64,000 nucleotides of DNA from Bacteroidia bacterium. GTDB lineage: Bacteria; Bacteroidota; Bacteroidia; NS11-12g; UBA955. Both the position numbers and the translations under genes were made by a program. This document shows positions 1 to 9,491 of this stretch, piece after piece. The notes below the pieces were generated by a model that worked only from the letters and a program-made list of their open reading frames with translations, was not told where the DNA came from and ran no database searches. Each line of letters starts with the position of its first letter. Within the stretch, counting starts at the first letter, position 1. The stretch lies in assembly GCA_044357345.1 (NCBI GenBank), contig JBIKPR010000001.1, positions 30,155 through 94,154 on the forward strand, written 5' to 3'.

Positions 1-23
1 CCCTATTTTTCCAAAAATCTTTC

Positions 24-545
24 TCAATCTCTTTTTGTTTTCGCTCTTAAAATGAATGCGATAATTGCACTCAAAAACAAGCCTCTTGCGGCGCCTAGAT
101 ACAATTGGTATTTAAATTGTCCTCCGACAGAGTATGAATCTTTAACTGCATTGATGTTATCCAATCGATCTTTAGCAGAAAGTTTGGAGAAAAAATTTGA
201 CTTAACCAATTGATTCACCTTTAGGTCAATAAAACCATTAATTATTTCTGGTCTAAATTGAGCGATATAAGAAAAGAAAAGTGAAACAGACGAAGAAATA
301 ATTAAACTTAGAAAAAATCCCAAGAAAATGGCTCTTCCGATAAAGAATTCATCTTGGTTACTCTGCTTCATTGACCTTAAAAAAAGGAAAATAGCGACTC
401 CAGGGATGATTATAAACTCACCAAGAACAGATATTAAGTGAACCGATAGATTCGGATTAAACGCTACATATAGCATATATACATAGCTCAGGGCTGCTGC
501 AGCGCTCCCAAAAGCGAGTCCGTAAATCAATAATTTTTTGCTCAT
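24..545 (-). CDS. hypothetical multi-pass membrane protein (DUF4199-like)
   Basis: ATG at 545. The 173-aa product has several hydrophobic helices. Composition and size are typical of the Bacteroidota DUF4199 family. No motif was checked. Confidence 0.4.
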   Translation of the reverse strand: MSKKLLIYGLAFGSAAAALSYVYMLYVAFNPNLSVHLISVLGEFIIIPGVAIFLFLRSMKQSNQDEFFIGRAIFLGFFLSLIISSSVSLFFSYIAQFRPEIINGFIDLKVNQLVKSNFFSKLSAKDRLDNINAVKDSYSVGGQFKYQLYLGAARGLFLSAIIAFILRAKTKRD

Positions 546-628
546 ATAGAAATGTTCACAAAACTATAACAAAAAAACCTTTGAACGCTTTGTTTTGTCA
601 ATTAATTATAGAAAATTTGCAACAGTTT

Positions 629-1186
629 ATGGAATTGAAAGATATTGTCGCTATTGCTGGTATGCCCGGCTTATACCATGTAATTGGTCAAAGAACAAAT
701 GGTTTGATTGTTGAGGCCTTAGATGGCACCGGCAAAAAAATCCCAACCTCTGCCAATACAAAGGTTTCTATTTTGTCTGATATCGCCATGTTTACCATGG
801 AAGGTGAAGAAAGATTGGCTTCTATTTTATTAACCATTAATGAAATGGTTAAAGAAGGTTTAGTTGTACCAGAGAAAAAATCAAATGATGATTTATTCCC
901 TCAATTCTTAGGAAAAGTACTTCCTAACTATGACAATGAGAGAATTTATTTGTCTGACATGAAGAAATTAGCCAATTGGTTTACCATTCTATCAGACAAA
1001 CTTGATTTTGATGCATTGAAAAAATCTATAGATGAGGAAAACAATGCAACAGACGAACAAAAGTCTGAAGCTAAAGCTAAAACTGAGGCTAAAGCTAAAA
1101 TTGAAAAGCCAGTTAAAAATGCTAGCCCAAAAGGTGACAGCAAAAGCAAAGGAAAATCTGTTGGAACCATTCGTAAGATGGCCTAA
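629..1186 (+). CDS. DUF5606 family protein with lysine-rich C-terminal tail
   Basis: The ORF track starts at TTG 581. The first ATG (629) gives MELKDIVAIAGMPGLYHV, matching the conserved N-terminus of the Bacteroidota DUF5606 family. The C-terminus is K/A/E-rich with low complexity. Confidence 0.5.
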   Translation: MELKDIVAIAGMPGLYHVIGQRTNGLIVEALDGTGKKIPTSANTKVSILSDIAMFTMEGEERLASILLTINEMVKEGLVVPEKKSNDDLFPQFLGKVLPNYDNERIYLSDMKKLANWFTILSDKLDFDALKKSIDEENNATDEQKSEAKAKTEAKAKIEKPVKNASPKGDSKSKGKSVGTIRKMA

Positions 1187-1272
1187 ACAAAATACTTAAG
1201 TTCTTTTGGAACGCACATTTATTTGAATATAAATTATAAATCACTTAAATTTGCACCTCTCTTAAGAAAAAA

Positions 1273-1343
1273 GGTCGGATGGCCGAGTGGCTAGGCACGG
1301 GTCTGCAAAACCCTCTACAGCGGTTCGAATCCGCTTCCGACCT
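1273..1343 (+). tRNA. tRNA-Cys (anticodon GCA)
   Basis: Cloverleaf read by hand. Acceptor GGTCGGA/TCCGACC is fully paired. D arm is GCC-GAGTGGCTA-GGC. Anticodon loop is CTGCAAA with U33 and A37, giving GCA. T arm is AGCGG-TTCGAAT-CCGCT. Discriminator is T; CCA is not encoded. Confidence 0.8.
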
Positions 1344-1354
1344 CAAGAAAAAAT

Positions 1355-1386
1355 AAGACTTCACACAGTGAAGTCTTATTTTTTTG
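1355..1386 (+). terminator. rho-independent terminator after tRNA-Cys
   Basis: Perfect 10-bp hairpin AAGACTTCAC-aca-GTGAAGTCTT followed by ATTTTTTT. Confidence 0.65.
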
Positions 1387-1446
1387 TCTCAAAAATCCCG
1401 TCAAGCTCGCTTGTAAGGGAATTTGAGACAAAAAAATAGATTTGAT

Positions 1447-1805
1447 GCTCTGATCAAATCGTTATTTTTTCTTGATGGACCTCCCCTCACGGATCATGAA
1501 ATAATCCCTTCTCTTAATGAATGTATTACAAAAAATACTTACTCTGATCAAATCGTTATTTTTTCTTGATGGACCTCCCCTCCACGGATCATGAAATAAT
1601 CCCTTCTCTTAATGGATGTATTACAAAAAATACTTACTCTGATCAAATCGTTATTTTTTCTTGATGGAACACCCCCTCACGGATCATGAAATAATCCCTT
1701 CTCTTAATGAATGTATTACAAAAAATACTTGCTCTGATCAAATCGTTATTTTTTCTTGTCGGACCACCCCTTAAGGATCATGAAATAATCCATTCCCCTT
1801 AAAGT
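1447..1805. repeat. intergenic tandem repeat, about 95-bp unit x about 3.8 copies
   Basis: Unit (G/A)CTCTGATCAAATCGTTATTTTTTCTTGATGGACCTCCCCTCACGGATCATGAAATAATCCCTTCTCTTAATGAATGTATTACAAAAAATACTTA starts at 1447, 1541, 1636 and 1731 (period 94-95). Copies 1-3 are about 95% identical and copy 4 is degenerate. No ORF of 60 aa or more lies inside. Confidence 0.85.
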
Positions 1806-1886
1806 TGATAATGAAAATCGCTATCTTTTTCTGATAGAGCAAATTTCCTTATCTTTCTAAATAACAAAATTTGTACCTTAATGATT

Positions 1887-2558
1887 TCAATTTACCCTTT
1901 TTCTATTCATCAATTTAAAAACACTATACCCAATATACAGTATTGATGAATAAAAGAAAACAGCTTTCCAGTTGAAGAACCCAGGAGTTGGATTGGTAAA
2001 TGTTTGGTAAATATAGTCTAAACGCAAAAATGGCTTTCTAAAAACATCCCAAGAATTTAAACGCAAATCACGTCCGAGATATATTCCGTAAGCACTCAAT
2101 ACAACGATTAAAAGGATGCTACAATGGACAAGTAATTTGTTCATTGTTGTTTGAAAAAGCATCAATTCAATATCCATCAAACTCAGCATCGCAATCCAGA
2201 TGGCGATACCTGTTATATAGATCCAAATCACAATATCAAATAGAATCATCGTGAAATCAATGCCCATCACATGTAAACCATCGGTTAATAAATAAGGTGC
2301 ATTAGGAAAAAAAACCAACCATAGGAGGCAAAACATTAAAAGCTTTATTTTATAAAAACTACCCTGTAAATAAAATCGCATATAAGTACTCACAACCAAT
2401 GGTATCAATGCAAGAAATAGATTATACAGTAAAAAAAAGAGTGCCTTATGACTAGGAAGAAAATACCTTAGCAATACGAGCATTACGGCAAACATTGACA
2501 GATAAACTATTGTCTTGAAATGATGTATTCTTTGCTTGCTTAGAAAGATAATTTTCAC
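1887..2558 (-). CDS. DUF1361-like integral membrane protein
   Basis: 223-aa highly hydrophobic product with 6-7 predicted helices and an FPNAPYLLTDGLH segment resembling the DUF1361 family core. Family assignment is from memory. Confidence 0.4.
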   Translation of the reverse strand: MKIIFLSKQRIHHFKTIVYLSMFAVMLVLLRYFLPSHKALFFLLYNLFLALIPLVVSTYMRFYLQGSFYKIKLLMFCLLWLVFFPNAPYLLTDGLHVMGIDFTMILFDIVIWIYITGIAIWIAMLSLMDIELMLFQTTMNKLLVHCSILLIVVLSAYGIYLGRDLRLNSWDVFRKPFLRLDYIYQTFTNPTPGFFNWKAVFFYSSILYIGYSVFKLMNRKRVN

Positions 2559-2708
2559 AAATTCAAAAATATCATAATTTTAAATATGATTTAGCAATCA
2601 TAGTAAAATTACATTGTTGGAAGAAGAATAGATTCAAAAGCGATTTTATACACCTTAAAAATTGGATTTCTCAGTAAAATTAACAACCTTTGAAACATTG
2701 TAAATAAT

Positions 2709-3461
2709 TTGGACAACAGCAAAAAACATATATATTTCGCTTCTGATTTTCATCTTGGGGTACCATCATATGAGTCTTCATTAAAAAGAGAAAAAAAAAT
2801 ATGTGCCTGGTTAGAATCAACTAGACATAATGCTTCAGAAATATACTTGGTTGGAGATGTGTTTGATTTCTGGTTTGAATACAAACATGTAGTTCCAAAA
2901 GGATATACCCGTTTATTGGGAAAACTCTCTGATTTGTCAGACCAAGGCATCAAAATCATTTTTTTTAAAGGGAATCATGATATGTGGACATTCGGATATC
3001 TAGAAAAAGAAATAGGTGCTACAATTGTAAGTAATGAATTGGAAATTGAAAGAAACGGCAAAAGATTTTACATCCATCATGGAGACGGAATAGGACCAGG
3101 TGATTTTGGATACAAAGTTATTAAGAAAATTTTTAGAAGTAATTTATCAGTCAAATTATTTGGCTTTATACATCCATTTTTAGGTGTTGGTTTGGCCAAT
3201 TTTTTATCCCGTAAAAGCCGCATCAGCAAAGGTAATAACGACAAGATTTACTTAGGTGAGGATAACGAATTTATCATTATTCACTGCAAAGAACTGTTAA
3301 AGAAAAAGCATTTTGATTTTTTCATTTGTGGGCATAGGCATTTGGCACAAGATTTAAAGCTTCAAGAGGATTCTAAATACATCAATTTGGGAGAATGGGT
3401 AAATGATTTTACCTATGCTGAATTTGATGGCATAAATCTTGAATTAAAACACTTCAAATGA
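2709..3461 (+). CDS. LpxH-like metallophosphoesterase (UDP-2,3-diacylglucosamine diphosphatase family)
   Basis: IYFASDFHLG, GDVFDFW, GNHD and HHGDG are the calcineurin-like phosphoesterase metal-binding motifs, in the order seen in LpxH-type enzymes. Start is TTG at 2709, with no in-frame ATG after the upstream stop. Confidence 0.6.
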   Translation: MDNSKKHIYFASDFHLGVPSYESSLKREKKICAWLESTRHNASEIYLVGDVFDFWFEYKHVVPKGYTRLLGKLSDLSDQGIKIIFFKGNHDMWTFGYLEKEIGATIVSNELEIERNGKRFYIHHGDGIGPGDFGYKVIKKIFRSNLSVKLFGFIHPFLGVGLANFLSRKSRISKGNNDKIYLGEDNEFIIIHCKELLKKKHFDFFICGHRHLAQDLKLQEDSKYINLGEWVNDFTYAEFDGINLELKHFK

Positions 3462-4261
3462 ATTTGCTCAATAAACTAATTCTTTGTATTTCTTTCTTGT
3501 GTATTTCACAAATACGGTCTCAGATTTTAACATCAGATACAATCAAAATCCCCTCAGGATGCACGATAAGTAGCGATAATTTAGAAAACCTTTATATTGT
3601 CACACCCACAAATGACATTATTAAATACGATAAGAATGGGCAAAAGTTAGCCACCGCAAACTTTAAAGTCCTCGGAAATATTAGCTCAATAGATGCTGGG
3701 AATCCCTTTGAGATTTATGTTTTTTACCGAGATCAGAATAAAATTATCTTTTTAGATAACATGTTAAACATCAGAGGTGAATGCGATTTAGAAAGTATAG
3801 GAATTTCTCAAATTGCCTGTGTTGCGAGAAGCTCTGACAATCAAATATGGTTGTTCGATATGTCAGATCAGAAATTAAAAAAATACAGCAAAGATCTCAA
3901 AATCTTAAATGAGAGTGCATCATTTAATAATTTCCCAATAGGGAATGAAATTAGTCCAAGTTTAATTGTTGACGTTAATTCAAGTATATTATTGCTAAAT
4001 AATTACTATGTCCTTGAATTTGATTTGTATGCCAATTTTAGCAAAACTGTCTTAATTGACACCTTAAAATCATTCCAATTCTTAAACAATAAAATCGTTT
4101 ATCTGAAAAGCGATTCCATCCATATTTACAATAAATCATTGTTAAAAATGGAGAAAATTAACCAAATTCTTCCATTTGGAACTAAGGGGATTCGAATTGA
4201 AAAAGAAAGATTGTTCATTTTAAAAGATGAATTCGTAATTTTGCGCTCCATTTCAGAATGA
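3458..4261 (+). CDS. hypothetical secreted protein
   Basis: ATG overlaps the upstream stop (ATGA). The N-terminal hydrophobic signal is MNLLNKLILCISFLCISQI. No recognisable catalytic motif. Confidence 0.45.
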   Translation: MNLLNKLILCISFLCISQIRSQILTSDTIKIPSGCTISSDNLENLYIVTPTNDIIKYDKNGQKLATANFKVLGNISSIDAGNPFEIYVFYRDQNKIIFLDNMLNIRGECDLESIGISQIACVARSSDNQIWLFDMSDQKLKKYSKDLKILNESASFNNFPIGNEISPSLIVDVNSSILLLNNYYVLEFDLYANFSKTVLIDTLKSFQFLNNKIVYLKSDSIHIYNKSLLKMEKINQILPFGTKGIRIEKERLFILKDEFVILRSISE

Positions 4262-4285
4262 AATCATCCTGGAGTCCAAATAACA

Positions 4286-5359
4286 ATGTTAGATAAATTT
4301 GACGCCATAGAGGCGAGATTCAAAGAAGTTGAATTATTACTCAGTAATTCAGGAACCATGCAGGACATGAAAAGATTCACTCAACTCAACAAGGAGTATA
4401 GTGACTTAAAAGAAGTTGTTGAGACAGCAAATGAATACAAAAGAGTTTTAAATTACCACCAACAAGCCAAAGATATTATTGCCAATGAAAAGGACCAAGA
4501 CCTTAAAGAAATGGCGAGAATGGAGGCTGAAGAAATGGAAGCTAAAATTGGCCCTTTAGAAGATAAAATCAGATTATTACTTATTCCAAAAGACCCTGAA
4601 GACGCAAAAAATGCGATTGTTGAGATAAGAGCTGGTACGGGTGGGGATGAAGCGAGTTTGTTTGCTGGTGATTTGATGAAAATGTATATGCGCTATTGCG
4701 AGAACAAAGGATGGAAGGTAGAAGTTCTTGATGAAAGTGAAGGCACTGCAGGCGGATATAAGGAAGTTATTTTAGAAGTTACCGGCAACAATGTATACGG
4801 TGACATGAAATATGAAAGTGGTGTTCACCGTGTTCAAAGAGTTCCAAAAACAGAAAGTGCTGGAAGGGTCCATACTTCTGCTGCTACAGTTGCAGTAATG
4901 CCCGAAGCCGAGGAAGTTGACGTACAGTTAAATCCTGCAGATATAGATTTACAAACAAGTAGAAGTGGTGGTGCAGGTGGGCAAAATGTAAACAAAGTTG
5001 AAACCAAAGTTCAATTGACCCACAGGCCTAGTGGAATTGTTGTGGTATGTCAAGTTGAACGGTCACAATTAGGAAACAGAGAGCGCGCTATGCAAATGTT
5101 GAGGACCAAACTTTACGAGCGTGCCTTAGAAGAACATAATTCAAAAATTGCAAGCAAAAGAAAAACCTTAGTTTCAAGTGGTGATAGGAGTGCAAAAATA
5201 AGAACCTATAATTTTCCTCAAAGCCGTGTTACAGATCATAGAATTAATATGACAGTCTATTCTCTAGATAGTTTTCTAGGTGGTGGCATACAAGACATGA
5301 TTGATGCCTTAAAGGTTGCAGAAAATGCAGATAGAATGCAGGAAGGCAGCGTAGAGTAA
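4286..5359 (+). CDS. prfA: peptide chain release factor 1
   Basis: GGQ motif ([11 protein letters not shown]) and RF1-type P-x-T tripeptide context (QRVPKTES). The length is 357 aa. Confidence 0.95.
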   Translation: MLDKFDAIEARFKEVELLLSNSGTMQDMKRFTQLNKEYSDLKEVVETANEYKRVLNYHQQAKDIIANEKDQDLKEMARMEAEEMEAKIGPLEDKIRLLLIPKDPEDAKNAIVEIRAGTGGDEASLFAGDLMKMYMRYCENKGWKVEVLDESEGTAGGYKEVILEVTGNNVYGDMKYESGVHRVQRVPKTESAGRVHTSAATVAVMPEAEEVDVQLNPADIDLQTSRSGGAGGQNVNKVETKVQLTHRPSGIVVVCQVERSQLGNRERAMQMLRTKLYERALEEHNSKIASKRKTLVSSGDRSAKIRTYNFPQSRVTDHRINMTVYSLDSFLGGGIQDMIDALKVAENADRMQEGSVE

Positions 5360-5637
5360 TTATACTCCTGCAGGACCTTGTTGAATGCCATTGCCGTCTT
5401 TACGCACAGGTTTTTCCATGCCTTTTTTACGACTGCGCACTTTGGGATATTTTTTTTCTGTGCTCATCTTTAAAGTTTTAACACAATTATTGATTCAATT
5501 ATTGTGCCTTATTTAAATATTAGACGTATTAAAAGTAAAAACGTTTCACGTAATTCAAAATATATCTGAAAAATGAACATTTTATGACAATCTCAATCAA
5601 AAAAAATGAGATTTTAAAATCAAAAAGGCTAAAAAAT

Positions 5638-6945
5638 TTAGTGTAATTCCCCTTCTAAAAATCGACTTGCCATCAATTTACCTTCTCTGACAGCATAATT
5701 TGTGCCTCTGTCTTCAGGGTAAATTTGTGCCATGGTATTGATATAAACACCTGGGATTGGCGTTTCAAAGTTTGGAATAAGTTTGCTGTAATGCTTTGTC
5801 ACCAATGGTTGAGAATATGGCTCTTTCCATACATGGTAATCCAATACCCAATCCTTTTTGAATTCAGGAAACATTCGTTGTATATATGGTATTGCATATT
5901 CATAAAACTCCTCTTCGCTCATATTATAGAGCTTTTCATCCGTTGGCAAATACTTAGACAAATAGACGATATGGCGTCCTTTATAGGTCTCAACAGGCTC
6001 AAAATTAGTATGCTCTATTATCCCAACAAAAGGGAATCCTGGATCGTTAACATTCAACCAATATATTTCACTTAAACTTTTACTCAATTCTAAAGTCAGG
6101 CATATATTTCCGATATATTGAATTTGATTGATTTTATCAATGTAATCTGGTTTAACAGAAGCAGCTAAAATTTTAGCAGTAATTGGCAATGGGGTTGTAA
6201 TAACTACCTTATCCGCCTTTAAAAGACTGCCATTTGCCAATTTTATTTCTGAATCTTCATTGACTGAAATAACCTCAGTATTATAATTTATTGTACCACC
6301 GAACTCTATGATTTTATTCGCAACTGATTCCGCAAGTGATGCAAATCCTCCTTTGTAATATGCTAAGTTTTCTTTTCCTGCTTCGCCCCTACTTCCACCT
6401 CTTAATTTCAATTTATTCCAAAACCAAACTGCGGAGACTGTTTCAGAATAACGCCCAAATTTACCCTTCAACAAAGGTTCCCAAACAACTGAATAACCTT
6501 GTTTGCCACAAATTTTAATTAACCAATCTTTTGCGGTTATATGCTCTAGCTTTTTCCAATCATTTACTAGCCTGACTGCTAGCACAACAAAACCAAGTCT
6601 AATTCTATTAATTAAACTTAGAGGGTTAAATTTTAAAAGGTCTAATGGCGAGCTAAGTTTGAAAAAATTATTTGCATAATACATACCAGTCCTTGTCGGT
6701 CTGATTACAATTCGGTCTTCAGAATCCAATTCCTTAATTAGATCCATTATGTGAAGATCGTTCGTAAACCAGTGGTGGTAAAATTTTTCTAAATTTTCAC
6801 CCTCAACTTTGAACGATCCTGCCAATCCACCAGGCTCAGAATCTTTTTCAAAAATATTTACTTTCCAACCTGCCTTAGCTAAATAATAACCCAAACTTAG
6901 ACCTGTAAATCCTGCACCAACTATATTTATTGATTTATATGACAT
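5638..6945 (-). CDS. NAD(P)/FAD-dependent oxidoreductase (amine-oxidase / phytoene-desaturase superfamily)
   Basis: N-terminal Rossmann motif INIVGAGFTGLSLGYYLAKAGWKVNIFEKDSEPGG. An ATG at 6945 puts GxGxxG at the N-terminus; the track start at 6960 is TTG. It sits 7 nt downstream of the GT2 gene on the same strand. Confidence 0.7.
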   Translation of the reverse strand: MSYKSINIVGAGFTGLSLGYYLAKAGWKVNIFEKDSEPGGLAGSFKVEGENLEKFYHHWFTNDLHIMDLIKELDSEDRIVIRPTRTGMYYANNFFKLSSPLDLLKFNPLSLINRIRLGFVVLAVRLVNDWKKLEHITAKDWLIKICGKQGYSVVWEPLLKGKFGRYSETVSAVWFWNKLKLRGGSRGEAGKENLAYYKGGFASLAESVANKIIEFGGTINYNTEVISVNEDSEIKLANGSLLKADKVVITTPLPITAKILAASVKPDYIDKINQIQYIGNICLTLELSKSLSEIYWLNVNDPGFPFVGIIEHTNFEPVETYKGRHIVYLSKYLPTDEKLYNMSEEEFYEYAIPYIQRMFPEFKKDWVLDYHVWKEPYSQPLVTKHYSKLIPNFETPIPGVYINTMAQIYPEDRGTNYAVREGKLMASRFLEGELH

Positions 6946-6952
6946 TTTATAT

Positions 6953-7891
6953 TTATTCAAAACCTAATTTATCGCGTATTATGTAGAGTGGTCTCTGTTT
7001 GATTTCTCCATAAATCCTTCCGACATACTCACCTATTATTCCTAGAACCAATAATATAATGCCTCCAATAAGCAAAACAGAAATCATAAGCAAGGTCCAA
7101 CCTTCTACAAAGTTATCGGTAAACAAACGCATGTATAGGGAGTAAATGATTCCAAAAAATGCAACAATAGAGGTTATAAAGCCGATGAAAGTTGCAACTT
7201 TTAAGGGCATATTTGAAAATGACAATATTGCATCACTAGCTAGGCGCAACATTTTCTTTAATGGATATTTTGTAGTGCCAGCAAATCTACTCTCCCGGTC
7301 GTACTCAACAAATGTTTGCTTAAACCCTATCCATGCAACCATACCTCTTACAAATCGATAGGTTTCGCGCATTCTTAAGAATTGATCAAGCGCATTGCGA
7401 TCCATTAACCTAAAATCACCAGTATCAAGTGGCATATCGACGTCACTCAAGCGGTTGATGAAACGATAAAACCATTTGGCAGTTAAGAGTTTAAAAGTGC
7501 TTTCTCCAGCCCTTTCTTTTCTTTTCCCAAAAATAACATCATAACCCTCTTCCCATTTTTTCACCATTTCAAGGATAACAATTGGAGGATCTTGTAAATC
7601 AGCATCAATAACTACTGCTGCATCACCCTTGCAATTATCCAATCCTGCAGTAATTGCTATTTGGTGTCCAAAATTCCTGGAAAAATTAATCCCCTTAACA
7701 CGAGAATCTAAATTAATAACTTTCTGAATTAAGTCAATGGTATTATCTTTACTTCCATCGTTTACAAATATGATCTCATAAGTATATTTACTTTTGTCTA
7801 AATGTTCGAAAGTTTCTGTTAAACGTTTGTAGGTTTCACCAAAAACTTCCTGCTCATTAAAACAAGGGACAACAATTGATATTAATTTCAT
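6953..7891 (-). CDS. family 2 glycosyltransferase, polyprenyl-phosphate sugar transferase type (DPM1/GtrB-like) with C-terminal TM helices
   Basis: N-terminus ISIVVPCFNEQE, a DxD-type VIDADLQDPP segment and two C-terminal hydrophobic helices. This architecture is typical of bactoprenol/dolichol-phosphate glycosyltransferases. Confidence 0.8.
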   Translation of the reverse strand: MKLISIVVPCFNEQEVFGETYKRLTETFEHLDKSKYTYEIIFVNDGSKDNTIDLIQKVINLDSRVKGINFSRNFGHQIAITAGLDNCKGDAAVVIDADLQDPPIVILEMVKKWEEGYDVIFGKRKERAGESTFKLLTAKWFYRFINRLSDVDMPLDTGDFRLMDRNALDQFLRMRETYRFVRGMVAWIGFKQTFVEYDRESRFAGTTKYPLKKMLRLASDAILSFSNMPLKVATFIGFITSIVAFFGIIYSLYMRLFTDNFVEGWTLLMISVLLIGGIILLVLGIIGEYVGRIYGEIKQRPLYIIRDKLGFE

Positions 7892-7896
7892 TGCTC

Positions 7897-9459
7897 TTAT
7901 AATGGAATGTTACCGTGCTTTTTTCTAGGAAGATTTTTAACTTTGTTTTCAAGCATTGAAAAGGCAGTTATTAATCTTGACCTGGTTTCCTCTGGATATA
8001 TCACATCATCGATAAATCCCCGTTCAGCAGCTCTGTATGGATTCGCAAAAATCTCAGCGTATTCGGCTTCTTTTTCTTTCCAAGCTTGATCTGGATTATC
8101 TGAATTCGAGATCTCCCTTTTAAATATGATCTCAGCAGCACCTTTTGCTCCCATTACCGCTATTTCTGCACTAGGCCAAGCGAAATTCATGTCAGCACCA
8201 ATATGCTTACTATTCATTACATCATAAGCACCTCCATAAGCCTTTCTAGTGATTACAGTAATCCTTGGCACAGTAGCTTCGCAAAAAGCATATAATAATT
8301 TCGCACCATTGGTAATTATCGCATTCCATTCTTGGTCTGTTCCTGGTAAAAAGCCTGGAACATCTTCTAAAACTAAAAGTGGAATATTGAAGGCATCACA
8401 AAACCTAACAAATCTTGCACCTTTTGTTGATGAATTAACATCTAATACACCGGCCAAAGATGAAGGATTATTTGCCACTATACCAATGCTTCTTCCCGCT
8501 AAACGCGCAAAGCCAACCAATATATTCTCGGCAAAGTTTTTATGCACTTCAAAGAAGCTAGCTTCATCAACCAAACCTTCAATAACTTCTCGCATATCGT
8601 ATGGCTGATTTGCATTTTCTGGAATAATATTTTTTAATTGCTCTCTAGTTTCATTTGCAGCTTGATAAGGCAGCATTGGCGCCTTTTCTTCACAATTTTG
8701 AGGCACATAACTTAGAAGTTTTTTTAAACTGCTCAAACAATCGATTTCGTTTGCAAATGAAAAATGTGCTACGCCCGATTTTGATGAATGCACGGATGCA
8801 CCACCTAATTGCTCACTACTTACCTCTTCATTGGTTACAGTTTTCACAACGTTAGGTCCGGTAACAAACATATAACTGGTATTTTCTACCATGCCTATAA
8901 AGTCTGTGATTGCAGGTGAATATACAGCACCGCCGGCACATGGTCCCATTATGGCTGATATCTGAGGAACAACACCACTAGCTATTGTATTTCTATAAAA
9001 AATATCTGCATAACCACCCAATGAAACAACCCCTTCTTGAATCCTTGCACCTCCACTATCATTTAAACCTATAACTGGTGCACCATTTTGAATGGCTAAA
9101 TCCATTATTTTACAAATTTTTTCTGCGTGTGTTTCGCTTAATGATCCACCAAAGACTGTAAAATCTTGAGAAAATACATATACCAAACGCCCTGAAATGG
9201 TTCCATATCCTGTAACAACTCCATCACCAGCAAACTTCTGTTTCTGCATCCCGAAATCATTGCTTCTGTGCATCACAAAAGCACCAATTTCGTTAAAACT
9301 GTTCTCATCCAACAGAAAATGAACCCTTTCTCTAGCGGTTAACTTGCCTTTGGCGTGTTGTGATTTTATTCTCTCTTCGCCACCACCAAGCAAAGATTCT
9401 TGGCGTTTCTGATCCAGTATTTCTCTTTTATTCATATATTCTTGAGACTGTGTACTCAT
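7897..9459 (-). CDS. acyl-CoA carboxylase carboxyltransferase (beta) subunit, PccB/MmdA-like
   Basis: The 520-aa product has the conserved carboxyltransferase N and C domains ([22 protein letters not shown]..., [15 protein letters not shown]). It ends 5 nt upstream of the GT2 gene on the same strand. Confidence 0.85.
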   Translation of the reverse strand: MSTQSQEYMNKREILDQKRQESLLGGGEERIKSQHAKGKLTARERVHFLLDENSFNEIGAFVMHRSNDFGMQKQKFAGDGVVTGYGTISGRLVYVFSQDFTVFGGSLSETHAEKICKIMDLAIQNGAPVIGLNDSGGARIQEGVVSLGGYADIFYRNTIASGVVPQISAIMGPCAGGAVYSPAITDFIGMVENTSYMFVTGPNVVKTVTNEEVSSEQLGGASVHSSKSGVAHFSFANEIDCLSSLKKLLSYVPQNCEEKAPMLPYQAANETREQLKNIIPENANQPYDMREVIEGLVDEASFFEVHKNFAENILVGFARLAGRSIGIVANNPSSLAGVLDVNSSTKGARFVRFCDAFNIPLLVLEDVPGFLPGTDQEWNAIITNGAKLLYAFCEATVPRITVITRKAYGGAYDVMNSKHIGADMNFAWPSAEIAVMGAKGAAEIIFKREISNSDNPDQAWKEKEAEYAEIFANPYRAAERGFIDDVIYPEETRSRLITAFSMLENKVKNLPRKKHGNIPL

Positions 9460-9491
9460 AAGATTTAAATGTGCAAATTAAAGATGTTTTT

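Noticed and set aside
1447-1805. Possible CRISPR array downstream of tRNA-Cys
   Set aside because: The entire about 95-bp unit repeats head-to-tail with no unique spacers, and no cas genes are present; it is a plain tandem repeat.
5725-8855. Several 60-120-aa ORFs (5725..6075, 6336..6518, 7146..7361, 7907..8089, 8249..8608, 8655..8855) antisense to the oxidoreductase/GT2/carboxyltransferase genes
   Set aside because: They are fully embedded antisense to strongly supported conserved genes and have no motifs; typical AT-rich-genome shadow ORFs.
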